A DNA stretch of 63,538 bases, counting the filler, from Octopus bimaculoides (taxonomy: Eukaryota): assembly GCF_001194135.2 (NCBI RefSeq). It is 7 parts of 7 records of this genome, joined end to end, with 100 filler letters (N's around TTAATTAATTAA, not from the genome) between each part and the next. Parts side by side here need not be neighbours in the genome. Positions count along the whole stretch, not along the records: positions 24,889 to 45,182 come from NC_068986.1; positions 45,283 to 51,017 come from NC_069002.1; positions 51,118 to 53,873 come from NC_068982.1; positions 53,974 to 57,389 come from NC_068989.1; 3 more parts are not named here. One strand, written 5' to 3'. The translations under genes were made by a program, and so were the position numbers. Shown in pieces: positions 41,721-54,578 of the stretch; the first letter of the stretch is position 1, and each line of letters opens with the position of its first letter. The notes below the pieces were generated by a model, which saw only the letters and a program-made list of their open reading frames with translations, was not told where the DNA came from and ran no database searches.

Positions 41721-44700
41721 ACACTCCCCTATACTTGTAAATGTGTATGCTTATCTTTATTACGTATTTATGTTGGTTAGAAAGCAAATATATATCTACC
41801 CACTCCTTTGTAATTCCGCACACAACGTTGTCATAGCGAAAACGATTTGATAACATAGAACATTTGAGTGATGGCTATCCAGATAGATGTGTCAGAGAGC
41901 AGAGAGAGGTAACAATGTGTAAACAGATCGGTTATTGACATAGCACACACAGCTGGTGTTTGACCGTCTGTCGCAGATGACTCGAGCATAGACTGAAATA
42001 GATGAATGTGTGTGCATATGTATGTATGCATGTATGTATGTCTGCATTTATGTATGTGTGTCTGTGAGGATATGTAGGTAAGTAAGTATGTATGTATATT
42101 TATGTATGTATGTATTCATGTATATGTATGTACACACTCACGTTATATATATNNNNNNNNNNNNNNNNNNNNNNNNNNNNNNNNNNNNNNNNNNNNNNNN
42201 NNNNNNNNNNNNNNNNNNNNNNNNNNNNNNNNNNNNNNNNNNNNNNNNNNNNNNNNNNNNNNNNNNNNNNNNNNNNNNNNNNNNNNNNNNNNNNNNNNNN
42301 NNNNNNNNNNNNNNNNNNNNNNNNNNNNNNNNNNNNNNNNNNNNNNNNNNNNNNNNNNNNNNNNNNNNNNNNNNNNNNNNNNNNNNNNNNNNNNNNNNNN
42401 NNNNNNNNNNNNNNNNNNNNNNNNNNNNNNNNNNNNNNNNNNNNNNNNNNNNNNNNNNNNNNNNNNNNNNNNNNNNNNNNNNNNNNNNNNNNNNNNNNNN
42501 NNNNNNNNNNNNNNNNNNNNNNNNNNNNNNNNNNNNNNNNNNNNNNNNNNATTCTATGGTTTGTTTTGGTCTGTTAGTGAATGTATTTGTTTTTCTATTT
42601 TTCCCGTCCGTTAATCACGTTTCGAAAATAGTCTCAACCGAGTCGCTTTCTCCTATCAGAGCTAAAAAGCAGATTTTACAAACATTTCAGTTGCATTAGT
42701 AATCATGCTAAGAGTGTTTACATATGGTCGAGGTGTACTTAGTCTTTGAAAATGTCTGATTTGATAATTAGTTTTGCTACAGCTACAGGTAGCTGTTGTT
42801 GTTGTCGTTGTTGTTGGTGGTGGTGCTGGGTGTTTTTGTGTGTGGATGTGGACGTTGCATTGTTGCGTTGTTAAGAAAATCGCTTCGCAAACAATTTCTC
42901 GATTTCGATCCCATTGCGTCTCTGCTTGGGATGTGTCGTTAATCATTGTCTTCCTTTGAGCGAAATCTTGTGAATGAAGTTTGGCTGAAGGAAACTACGG
43001 ATGCCCGTCAGATGCATTTTGCATGTAATATCAAAGATCCATCATTGAAATTCACTATTTCATTCAGAAATTACTTCAATTCAACGATAGGATTATTGAT
43101 GTGTGAATGTGTGTGTGTGTGTGTGTTTGTGTGACACTTAGGTACTTATGCTTCAAATTAATTTGTAAGGTATTCATTTGCGCTAAAAACTGGAATACGT
43201 ATTGCCTTCTCGGGTGTATATCCATTTCCTGTCACTTCGTTATTGTGTGTGTCTGTATTCAAATAAAGCTATTTCACTTTCGGGAGTCGAGTGTTGTCGT
43301 CATGATTGCAAGGTTATCGGTTGAGTTTAACATGTAAGTATGACCAGAACCCAGGAACCTTTACTAAGCTTTCAAGAAGGCTGAGAGTTAGGGATGGTGT
43401 TATTCTCAGTCTAAAGACTAACCAGAATGTTTGCCGACGTCCTTATTGTGCCGTTTTTTTTTAACGTGACCAATTTATCTGATACTATCAAGCCACTATT
43501 TCCTTAACTGGAGCTAGTGAGTTTTCTGGACCATCCATTTTAATCTCGTGGAATACGTAAATGCTGATTTAGTTGCAAATGGATTTGTTTTTATGTCACT
43601 CATCACTCAAGTTGGTCTGTCAGTCTAAACGGATATAGTGAAGGGAAGTATATATTTTTTAGGATCTACAAAAGCGGAGTTCCTCCGGTAGAATATTCGA
43701 CGGCCATGACAATCTAGAAGTGTGCCGGTAACTCTGTTGAGAAGAGAAAACTGACTTAGACCTTGGCGAACATCTCCCACAGGCCTTCGTTATTAATGCC
43801 GTGGATTCCTGTCATTGAATTTTGCGCAATTTTTACTGATGTAAGCACACATTGTGTAAAATTTCAAGTGAAAACCTATTATATGTTTAGGTAAACAAAC
43901 AAAAGGATGGAGACCAAATTTTTCTCTTGCCTTATAAGATCTTATATAAGGAAACTCACTCTAGGTGACACAATACTAGATATATAAACAACAAGAATTT
44001 CGAAATGTTCACAGCTAGTGTTTCTTTGATCATAGATCTGCTCAATCTGGTTTCAAATTGCATTCAGTTGTGGGGCCCCAGGTCAGGAGATCTCGATCTA
44101 CGGAGTAAGAAACCTCCTCTTAGACTCTATTTATCCGCGGTCAACTCTTGCCTTGAGTATTAGATTCTGGCAGGATCTCAGGTTTGACCTTATTAGCAGT
44201 CTCAGGAAAGTGTCACTCATATATACCACAACGGAAGTAGGGCATATGAGACCATTAATCTCTTTAGCTGTTCATCTAAGAGAAGGTAGCTCCCTAGAAA
44301 TTCTGCACCCTGAGAGAGAGGGGATACTTTTGCACGCACAATAATAATCCTCTGCTACTTCGGGATTTAATTGACTGAGCGTTTAGAAAACGCTAATCGA
44401 GTAAACCTCAAAAGAAAAGCGGGTAAACCCCCAAAGACCATATAGACAGCTTTACTTAACCGACATCTTGCAGCCGCTACGGCTTTATTATGACGCGTAG
44501 GTATTGAGATGTGTTCAACATATTTAGGGATTGGAACTTTGCTTCTAGAAACTGTCTGTGCACTTGCAGAAGTAGTAAAATGACTGTCTCTAGAATACTA
44601 TAGACCAAGACGGAAGAGCCTAACGAAGTCTGCTCAATCAAGCTTGGATGTGTGCTACACAACAGGGGAAATGGACATTAGATATCATGATATCATGTTT

Positions 44701-45289
44701 GTGAAATGGGATGGTCAGGACAAGATGTTACTTAACCATTTCGATCAGAGTTGACTTGGAAAGGGAAGAATATACAAAATCAACAAAGTACACAACACAT
44801 TCATGTGTGTGTGGGTGGGTAGGGCATGCCTGTCTACGATACGCACTACTGTGTTGTCTGCGACGTGTCAAAGTACGTATAATGAATATATTTGGCATGA
44901 TTTAAGTTTATCTTTTAGACCAAACCAGCGTCAAAGAAAAGTCTATGAAAATCGTGCCATTCACCGCTCTTTATAAGAACTACGATATCTCAAATTAATA
45001 AGATATGCCTTTTTCTCACACTCTCTCTTAATCTCTGTCTTTCAATCTCTTTAAGTATATACGTATGAATGTTTGTGTCTGCTATTTTTCTTTCTCTGCA
45101 TACACATATCTACATAAACATCTGTATATGTATATATATACACGCACACACATAATGAAAAAGGCATATATATATATATATANNNNNNNNNNNNNNNNNN
45201 NNNNNNNNNNNNNNNNNNNNNNNNNNTTAATTAATTAANNNNNNNNNNNNNNNNNNNNNNNNNNNNNNNNNNNNNNNNNNNNGCTAAAT

Positions 45290-45987
45290 AGCAGCAGCAT
45301 CTTCCTGCCTGCTCTTCATCATTTAGCATCATCACTACCACCACCACCACCATCACCACCACCACCACCACCACCACCACCACCACAACCTTTACCATCA
45401 TCATCTAAAATTATCTGTGCATCATTATCACCATCATCATCATCACCTCTGTACCATCATTATCATCACAACTTTCATCATGATCGTCATCGTCATCACC
45501 ATCGTATCCTCCCCCTCTTCCTCCTCTTCATCATCACTGCCACCACCACCACCACCATCACCACCATTATCATCAGTGTCACTAACATAAATACCATCAT
45601 CATCATCTTCATGATCATCATCTTCATCATCATCATCACTGCTGCAACCTTTCTTGAAATCCTCATAGTCACCACCACCACCACCACCACCACCACCAAC
45701 AGCAACAGAAGCAGCAGTACCACAACCACCACTACCTCTACTACAATGTTGACTATCATGAATAGCATTCTTAGAACCACCATCACCATCACCAACATCA
45801 CCACAACCACCACCACCACCATCGTCATTGCTACTACCACCTTCACTGCTATCACACCACAACCAACACTACAGCCATCATCATCACCATCATCATTGTT
45901 GCTATGATTAGCAGCAGCAGCAGCAGCAACAACAGCAGTTGCAACAGCGGCAGCAATGTCTTCCAAGATATCACCACCACCACCACT

Positions 45988-46018
<31 letters not shown>

Positions 46019-46980
46019 CCACCACCACCACCACCATCGCTATCATCACTGCTACTACCACCCCCCTCACCACTGCAACCCTCAACACCGCCACCGCCAC
46101 CGCCATTGTTATAATCACCATATTCATTACCATCGCCATCTGCCCCACCATCATTCCCACCACAACCACGATCTCCATTGCTACTACAAGTACACCACTC
46201 TCACCACCACCACCACCACTACCGTAACTACTGCCACCACCATCATCACCGCCACCATAGTGATGATGATGATGATCGTCGTTGTCATCACCACCACCAC
46301 CACCACTATCATCATCACCAACTCCAACACCATCACCACCACTTCCACCTCCACCATACAAGAAGGCTCTTGAACTTTTCTAACAAGTTGACCTTTGGTT
46401 TTGGTGTCAAAGGTCATTTGTTGGTATCACAGTTTACAGTGACCTTCAGTGAAATGTGAAGGTCACATGTCCAATTATAATTGACAAATTCTAGATGAGA
46501 TCAGGGAGTGGGATGACCAGATGCAAAATTCTACTTGACCTTTGATTCATGGTGACCTTTAACTGCACTGAGTGACCTCTTACGACACACCATCGCCATG
46601 ACCTTGAGGGTCAAAATAGGAGTTTCAGTGACACCACCATCACCATCATCATCACCACTGCCACTGTCTCCATCATCACCACCATTACCTCACTGAACGC
46701 CATCACCACCACCATTTCCATCACCATCATCATCATCGACAACACTGTCACCACCATTATCACCACCACCACCACCACCATCATCATCATCATTGTCATC
46801 GTCATCACCATCACCCCTATTACTATCATCACCAACATCATCACCGCTGTCATCACACCATCATCTCCATTACCACCATCATTGTCAACCTAGCCATCGC
46901 ATCATCTTCACCACCACCACCACCACCAACACCACCACCACCAACACCTCACCTCCACCATCACCACAATGAGTTCGATT
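45290..46980. repeat. 1.7-kb mosaic (CAC/CAT/CAG)n trinucleotide low-complexity region
   Basis: Directly visible; yields spurious His-, Thr- and Val/Met-rich ORFs. Confidence 0.9.
46371..46613. promoter_or_regulatory. Homotypic cluster of nuclear-receptor half-sites (candidate enhancer)
   Basis: Eight perfect TGACCT/AGGTCA plus TGAACT and GGGTCA variants in ~245 bp. The motifs are certain; function is inferred. Confidence 0.45.
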
Positions 46981-48189
46981 AAAATTCTGTAGAATATAAA
47001 ATGTTTCTGATCAGCTTGATCAATGGATGTATCCATGGGAGGTGGAAAGGCAGGTGTTCTGGAAATGAGAGACAAAGCTCTCCGGGAGAGGAAACTAAGC
47101 ACTATTCAATCACAGACAGACTTTCCTGCAGGAGGTATTGAACTCAAAACTGCAAATCAACAAATTAATTATCAATGCCATGGCACTGCTCTTGTTTACA
47201 ACAGTTGATTGCACTACACTTGGCACCTATATTTAGTTTGGTGGGCTGAGTAGTCAACAGTTATATATAATAGGCATAGACACAGTTGAGTGAACGATAC
47301 CACATGCTTCATAACCATGCACCATGTGCTACCATGTGCCCTCACCATATGCTACTAAACATGTACCACTGCCAAACACTAAATCACAAATACACACCTA
47401 CCGTGCACCATATGATATGCATCACTACCACATCTTTATGCACATATAGTGCTACCATACATTATGCAAAAAAAAACAAAAAAAACATGTAGCATTGTCA
47501 TGCTCAGTATCGCACATGTAGCATTGCCATATACCATAAACTACATGGAGCACTATTAATACCTTCAAAAATGCATCAAAACAAAAGGAAATACTTTTGC
47601 ACTTTTAGTGTAGTATAACATGAAGCAAAGAAATAGGCATCAATATTTTGAACAAGAAGCCCTTTGTCAGGAGAGAGAAAAGAAAAACTATAAGTATTAG
47701 AAATAAAACTTCTACACTCATTACTGAGTGATCAGGATTGACATCTGTCTTTAAACTGCAATATCATTTGTTCCAATATGTGTAGTATGTATGTATGTGT
47801 GTGTGTGTGTGTGTGTGTATATACAATTATAATTACAGGCATAGAAGAAGCTATGCCTATGCTGAAAATAAACACTAAATCTTGAAACCACTTAGAATTA
47901 TTACTTCTTTATAGTACACGTGTTGAAATAGAGGGAATAGGATTACAGAAATTCAGAAAATAATACAACCATTAGCCTTGGATTGATCACTTTCTAGATT
48001 AGTCTAATAACTTTCTAACAGCTTGGGTATGAAATACAAAATATGTATACATGCAAAACAAGAGAAAGCACAGAATGGAGACTTTCAGATAATGAATATT
48101 TAAGCATAAATATATAGATAGTTATATAAACAGATCGAGCTTACACAGAGTACAAATGACAGAGGAGATTAAAGGGGAAGAATTAAGGT

Positions 48190-48320
48190 CTTATAAATCC
48201 AACAGCTGTTTCTGGGGACTCAGAGATCCATAATAATATTGGTAGATGTAGTTCAATAAAATATGTAGCCAGTAATGGAAGTAAATAATTATTGGATAAA
48301 TCGAGTGTCCGTCATCAGAG
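48190..48320 (-). mobile_element. Penelope pseudo-LTR-like segment with hammerhead core motifs
   Basis: Minus strand CTGATGA (48318-48312), GGAC...GTCC, GAAA (48212-48209) and palindrome AACAGCTGTT (48201-48210). Confidence 0.5.
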
Positions 48321-48702
48321 TAGAAAAAGATTTTAGATTTCAGATCATAATACAAAGAAGTTCAAAGGTAGAATCCATCAATCTATATACATTCATGTGT
48401 GTGTGTGTGTGTGTGTGTGTAGTATACATATACATATAAAAATATATGTATGTATATATGTATGTATGTATGTATGTATGTGTGTGTGTCTTTGTGTTTG
48501 TCCCCACAAATGCTTGACAACTGGTGCTGGTTTGTTTACATCTCCCTAAACTTAGCAGTTTGGCAAAAAAAATCAATAAAATAAGTACCAGGCTTAATAT
48601 ATAAGTAGTGGGGTCAATTCATTCAACTAAAACCCTTCAATGTGGTGCCCCAGCATGGCCAAAGTCTAATCAGTGAAGCAAGTAATAGATATAATACACA
48701 CA

Positions 48703-49700
48703 CATCATCATCATCATCGTTTAACGTCCGCTTTTCATGCTAGCATGGGTTGGACGATTTGACTGAGGACTGGTGAAACCGGATGGCAACACCAGGCTCC
48801 AATCTAATTTGGCAGAGTTTCTACAGCTGGATGCCCTTCCTAACGCCAACCACTCAGAGAGTGTAGTGGGTGCTTTTACGTGTCACCCGCACGAAAACGG
48901 CCACGCTCGNNNNNNNNNNNNNNNNNNNNNNNNNNNNNNNNNNNNNNNNNNNNNNNNNNNNNNNNNNNNNNNNNNNNNNNNNNNNNNNNNNNNNNNNNNN
49001 NNNNNNNNNNNNNNNNNNNNNNNNNNNNNNNNNNNNNNNNNNNNNNNNNNNNNNNNNNNNNNNNNNNNNNNNNNNNNNNNNNNNNNNNNNNNNNNNNNNN
49101 NNNNNNNNNNNNNNNNNNNNNNNNNNNNNNNNNNNNNNNNNNNNNNNNNNNNNNNNNNNNNNNNNNNNNNNNNNNNNNNNNNNNNNNNNNNNNNNNNNNN
49201 NNNNNNNNNNNNNNNNNNNNNNNNNNNNNNNNNNNNNNNNNNNNNNNNNNNNNNNNNNNNNNNNNNNNNNNNNNNNNNNNNNNNNNNNNNNNNNNNNNNN
49301 NNNNNNNNNNNNNNNNNNNNNNNNNNNNNNNNNNNNNNNNNNNNNNNNNNNNNNNNNNGCTTCTAATGTTCAGCTTTTCTCTCAAGATACTTACACTCTG
49401 ACGGGTATTCACATTGACATTACACATCCAACGGAGCATACTGGCTTCATTCCTTGCGAGCTTACATATGTCCTCAGCAGTTACAGCCCATGTTTCACTG
49501 CCATGTAGCATGGCTGTTCATACGCATGCGTCATACAGTCTGCCTTTTACTCTGAGTGAGAGTCCCTTTGTCGCCAGCAGGGGTAAGAGCTCTCTAAACT
49601 TTGCCCAGGCTATTCTTATTCTAGCAGCTACACTTTCAGCGCACCCACCCCCACTACTAACTTGGTCGCCCAGATAGCGGAAGCTATCGACTACCTCCAC
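48703..49700 (-). mobile_element. RTE (BovB-like) LINE, 5'-truncated, with internal gap
   Basis: EVVDSFRYLGDQVSSGGGCAESVAARIRIAWAKFRELLPLL...KGRLYDACV*TAMLHGSETW...MLRWMCNV; 3' UTR and (GAT)n tail. Confidence 0.9.
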
Positions 49701-50502
49701 ACATATATATATGTACAGGCTGAATAAAACTGAAGATTTGGTTATAAAATGTTTTTTATAACATGATGAATTGCATTATTTTTACACATGTTTCACTAGC
49801 ATATACTAGTGTCTTAATGACAATTGTTACATAGATGATAGCATAACCACTTTTTAATGCCAGATCATCAGAAGCAAACATAATTTTATCCATTGCTGGT
49901 TACCAATGTCAGTTGGTAGGCAGAGCCAAGCTAAAAACTAGCAATATATATATGATATTGTTAGCTTTTACGATAACTTCAAAGTTTTGGCTTGCTCACC
50001 TTCACCACTCTGTGATTTACAGTGGTGCTTTTTGTCTTTTTATAACCTTTGATAATTTTTTCTTCTTGTAAGTTGGAGTATTGTGATGATAATTAAGTTT
50101 GGTGTAAATGAAAAGGGAAATAGAGGAGGATAGAAGAAATGTAAATGTTTGTATGGTGTGGGTTGATAGAAAGGTATAGTGAAGAGATTTATTTTGGTAT
50201 GATGTAGGAATTTTAGTATGTAAGGATGGTTTTTGTGATACTTTAGGCTTCAAAAGAAGATTTGTAGATAATACAGTTGGCACTCATAGATTAGATTAAG
50301 GTTGGATTTAGTGTTAGTGTTATTTGTATTCTGTTTAGAAATTGTAAACTGTGTATTTTGGAATGTTTTATATTAAAGAGACTTTGTTACTATGAATATT
50401 TAATAGGGTCTTCAATTCTCTTTCTAGTAAGTCTATTTATATTTGTCGTATACAAGCATTAGACAAAGGCATACACTAAACTGTGATGCTATATATCTAG
50501 AT

Positions 50503-50980
50503 CAGGGGTCACCAAACTTTTTTGACCATTGACCCCCTTTAGCCACTTCTCCTTCCACATCAACCGCCCTCCGCATTTAAAATATCTTAATACCCTACCC
50601 TACCATACCGTATCATACCTTAAATGCATACTGGGTACTGATGTTGGTAATTAAAATGTCAGCTAAAATACATATGTACAACAAATTAAGAAATTCTGTT
50701 GACGATGACACACTTTTTACATTTAAAACTACGTGTACGAGTATACAGTTTTAAACTTTCAATTTTTATGAAATTGTTTCCATGGTTAGAGAATGTGAAA
50801 AATGCATCATGTTTTCACATGTTTCATGGTGCTGACTAAATATTTCAAGCAGTTTATCTGGGTGAGCTGGTCTTTCGTATGCCAACCCCTATTCAACCCC
50901 TTGGCTATCATCGAATCTCTTTAAATCCTCACTGACCTCTAGGGGGTCCCTCGGACTGCCTCCCCCTTTGACGACCCCTG
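50503..50980. mobile_element. hAT (Charlie-like) MITE
   Basis: TIRs CAGGGGTCACCAAA / TTTGACGACCCCTG; 8-bp flanks ATCTAGAT and ATTGAGAT (6/8 match, NTCTAGAN-like). Confidence 0.75.
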
Positions 50981-51264
50981 ATTGAGATGAAGGGATAAGG
51001 TTGATGGATGTTTCCATNNNNNNNNNNNNNNNNNNNNNNNNNNNNNNNNNNNNNNNNNNNNTTAATTAATTAANNNNNNNNNNNNNNNNNNNNNNNNNNN
51101 NNNNNNNNNNNNNNNNNTTGTTTTATCATGGTCCGTTGCTGTTCTAGTTTTAGTTTGGATTTCATTTGTTTTATAGCTTTTGTTGTTTCTTCTTCTTCTT
51201 CTTCTTCTTCGTATTTGTTAGGTAGATTGATTTCTTGTTTGTATTTGTCAGCTTCCTTAAATAC

Positions 51265-51322
<58 letters not shown>

Positions 51323-51393
51323 TTTTATTTTATTTTTTCCTGGTGGCAAATAAAATAAATCATCATCATCATCATTATTATTATTATTATTAT

Positions 51394-51578
51394 GGCGGCG
51401 AGCTGGCAGAATCGTTAGCACGCCTCTCACTACGTTCTGAGTTCAAATTCCGCCGAGGTCGACTTTGCCTTTCATCTTTTCGAGGTCGATTAATTAAGTA
51501 CCAGTTGCGTAGTGGGGTTGATCTAATCGACTGGCCTCCTTCCCCAAAATTTCAGGCCTTGTACCTAGAGTAGAAAGG
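51394..51578 (+). mobile_element. SINE family B, internally deleted
   Basis: Family match; (ATT)n on both sides. Confidence 0.8.
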
Positions 51579-51632
51579 ATTAGAAATAATAATAATGATT
51601 ATAATAATTGTTATTATTATTATTATTATTAT

Positions 51633-52375
51633 GATGGCCGCCATACTGTGAAGTCACCTATAGCATAGGTTGTCCACAATTCAAATTGGTCGGCTACACA
51701 GATCACAAATTTGTGATATGCTCAGTCTATTGAGAAATGACCTGTAGACAGGGACTCGGTTACTGGAAGTTGAATGCGTCCTTACCGGCTCGCAAAGACT
51801 ACAGGGACTGAATTAGCGAATTAGTTAAGCGGCAGTTAACGGAGACGCGACGTGGAAACAAAATGACGATGAAGTCTTTGACAGATCACGGCGGACGCGT
51901 AATACTCGGTTCTGAGCATATGTGTGCGGCTTTCCAGCAGCAATTTGCATTGCTGTTTGGAGAGGGTGATGGGTCGACGACGGTAGCGAACTTTACTTCG
52001 TATCAAGACGGCTTACCACAGCTCTCGGTGACGGACGCGAGATTCTGCGAAAAGCCGATTACAGCCTCTGAAATACAGAAGGCGATAAGCGATTGCACAA
52101 GTCACAAATCGCCCGGTTTGGATGGTCTGCCATACGAATTCTATGTTTTCATGCCATATTTATTTGGCAGTCTATTGGCAGATGTCTACAGTAACTTACA
52201 GCCGAACGGGAGAATTCCTAGTGCTGTTAGCCGTGGTGTAATAACACTGCTGAGAAAGAACGCCGACAATCGGGACGCGCTCGGGAATTTTCGGCCCATA
52301 ACTCTGCTAAATACAGTTTAAGATTTTGGTCAAGGTGTTAACGAAAAGGTTTGCGCTTGTCATTGGTAGTATGGT
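51633..52375 (+). mobile_element. L1/Tx1-clade LINE ORF2 internal fragment (APE end to RT start)
   Basis: GYWKLNAS at 51758-51781; KSPGLDGLPYEFY...GVITLLRK...GNFRPITLLN..KILVKVL..R. Confidence 0.9.
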
Positions 52376-52638
52376 CGCCTACATCTACTTTGTGCAGGTT
52401 CCTCTTTGGGAGAATATTAAAAAGCTGGGTGCCCCTGAAACCCAGGCTCTTGAAGTAACTGGTCCTGAAGCGCGATGGTATTGCTGGGATCCTTGGCATC
52501 ATGCAGTGCCAACACGTTCTGGCATTGCTGTAGCTTTCAATGCCAAAATTTGGCACAATTCCTTGCAGGATCTTCCACATATATATTACTGCATACCTCT
52601 CCCGCCTTCGCTCCAGGGAGTCAAGCAGACTGCCTTCA
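52376..52638 (-). mobile_element. CR1-group LINE 3' fragment abutting the Tx1 fragment
   Basis: SLERRRERYAVIYMWKILQGIVPNFGIESYSNARTCWHC...SLGFRGTQLFNILP is homologous to 38400-38650. Confidence 0.85.
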
Positions 52639-52678
<40 letters not shown>

Positions 52679-53378
52679 AAACAAATTGAAAACAGATTTT
52701 GCTGTTATATATATATATATTATATATATNNNNNNNNNNNNNNNNNNNNNNNNNNNNNNNNNNNNNNNNNNNNNNNNNNNNNNNNNNNNNNNNNNNNNNN
52801 NNNNNNNNNNNNNNNNNNNNNNNNNNNNNNNNNNNNNNNNNNNNNNNNNNNNNNNNNNNNNNNNNNNNNNNNNNNNNNNNNNNNNNNNNNNNNNNNNNNN
52901 NNNNNNNNNNNNNNNNNNNNNNNNNNNNNNNNNNNNNNNNNNNNNNNNNNNNNNNNNNNNNNNNNNNNNNNNNNNNNNNNNNNNNNNNNNNNNNNNNNNN
53001 NNNNNNNNNNNNNNNNNNNNNNNNNNNNNNNNNNNNNNNNNNNNNNNNNNNNNNNNNNNNNNNNNNNNNNNNNNNNNNNNNNNNNNNNNNNNNNNNNNNN
53101 NNNNNNNNNNNNNNNNNNNNNNNNNNNNNNNNNNNNNNNNNNNNNNNNNNNNNNNNNNNNNNNNNNNNNNNNNNNNNNNNNNNNNNNNNNNNNNNNNNNN
53201 NNNNNNNNNNNNNNNNNNNNNNNNNNNNNNNNNNNNNNNNNNNNNNNNNNNNNNNNNNNNNNNNNNNNNNNNNNNNNNNNNNNNNNNNNNNNNNNNNNNN
53301 NNNNNNNNNNNNNNNNNNNNNNNNNNNNNNNNNNNNNNNNNNNNNNNNNNNNNNNNNNNNNNNNNNNNNNNNNNNNNN

Positions 53379-53425
<47 letters not shown>

Positions 53426-53508
53426 ATGTGTGTGTGTGTGTATATATATTATATGTATATATGTGTGTGTGTGTGTGCACATGCATGTCTGTATGTACGC
53501 ATGTATGT

Positions 53509-53700
53509 AAGGCGGTGAGCTGGCATCATGTTGGACAAAAGTACCCAGCGCATTTCTTCCGTCTCTTTACGAACTGAGTTCAAATTCCTCCGAAGCCAAC
53601 GTTGCTTTCCACCCTTTCGAATTCGATAAAGTAAAGTAGCAGTCATGCACTGGAGTCAATTACATCGACTTTCCTCTCCCTTCAAAGTTACTGGCCTTGA
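53509..53700 (+). mobile_element. SINE family B, diverged
   Basis: Family match; no ATT flank. Confidence 0.7.
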
Positions 53701-54533
53701 AGCCTACCACGGAACACTGTCCTGTTCAGAGAGATTCTTGTAATCTCGGTCATTTATATGCCATGGAAACCAGATAAACGCCCTTAAGAGTCTTAGAGCT
53801 CAAGAAATACTGTGTATGTATAAATTGTGTATATTTATGCATATATATAAATACATTATATATATATATATATNNNNNNNNNNNNNNNNNNNNNNNNNNN
53901 NNNNNNNNNNNNNNNNNTTAATTAATTAANNNNNNNNNNNNNNNNNNNNNNNNNNNNNNNNNNNNNNNNNNNNTATATATATATATATATATATATATGT
54001 ATACATACATATATGTGTGTGCGTGTGTGCTTGTGTGTGTATATGTTTGTGTGTTTGTGTTTTCCCCCCCATCATCGCTTGACAACTTATGTCGGTGTGT
54101 TAACGTCTCCGTAACTTAGCGGTTCGGCCTAAGGTCCCGTTAGAATAAGTACTAGGCTTTCAAAGAATAAGTCCTGTGAACGATTCGCTAGACTAACGAC
54201 GGTGATGCAGCATAGCCACAGTCAAATGACTCAATCAAGTAAAAGAATGAAAGAATAAAAGAATATATTTATGAAGGGCTTCTTTCTATTTCCTCAAACA
54301 ATTCCACTCACGCAGATACACACACACACACACACCAGGGTATGATGGATAGCAAAAGCGTGACAGATAACGAAACAATATAATTGATTAAACGCTCACA
54401 ATCACGTATAAAACGAATATTTATATAAATTCAAATGCGGCAAAATAACTATAACGCAAAAGAAGACTCATATAGAGAATTGCATTATTCTATCGATTAT
54501 ACGCTTGGTATGTTATATATATGTATATATATG

Positions 54534-54578
<45 letters not shown>

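Noticed and set aside
43360-44760. Possible decayed LINE/DIRS coding sequence, also 3240-4490, 5340-5660 and 30700-31600
   Set aside because: Complex sequence, but no motif I could assign to a family.
45443-46459. His-rich, Thr-rich and Val/Met-rich ORFs
   Set aside because: Period-3 repeats lack stops in several frames on both strands; no splice signals or recognisable domain.
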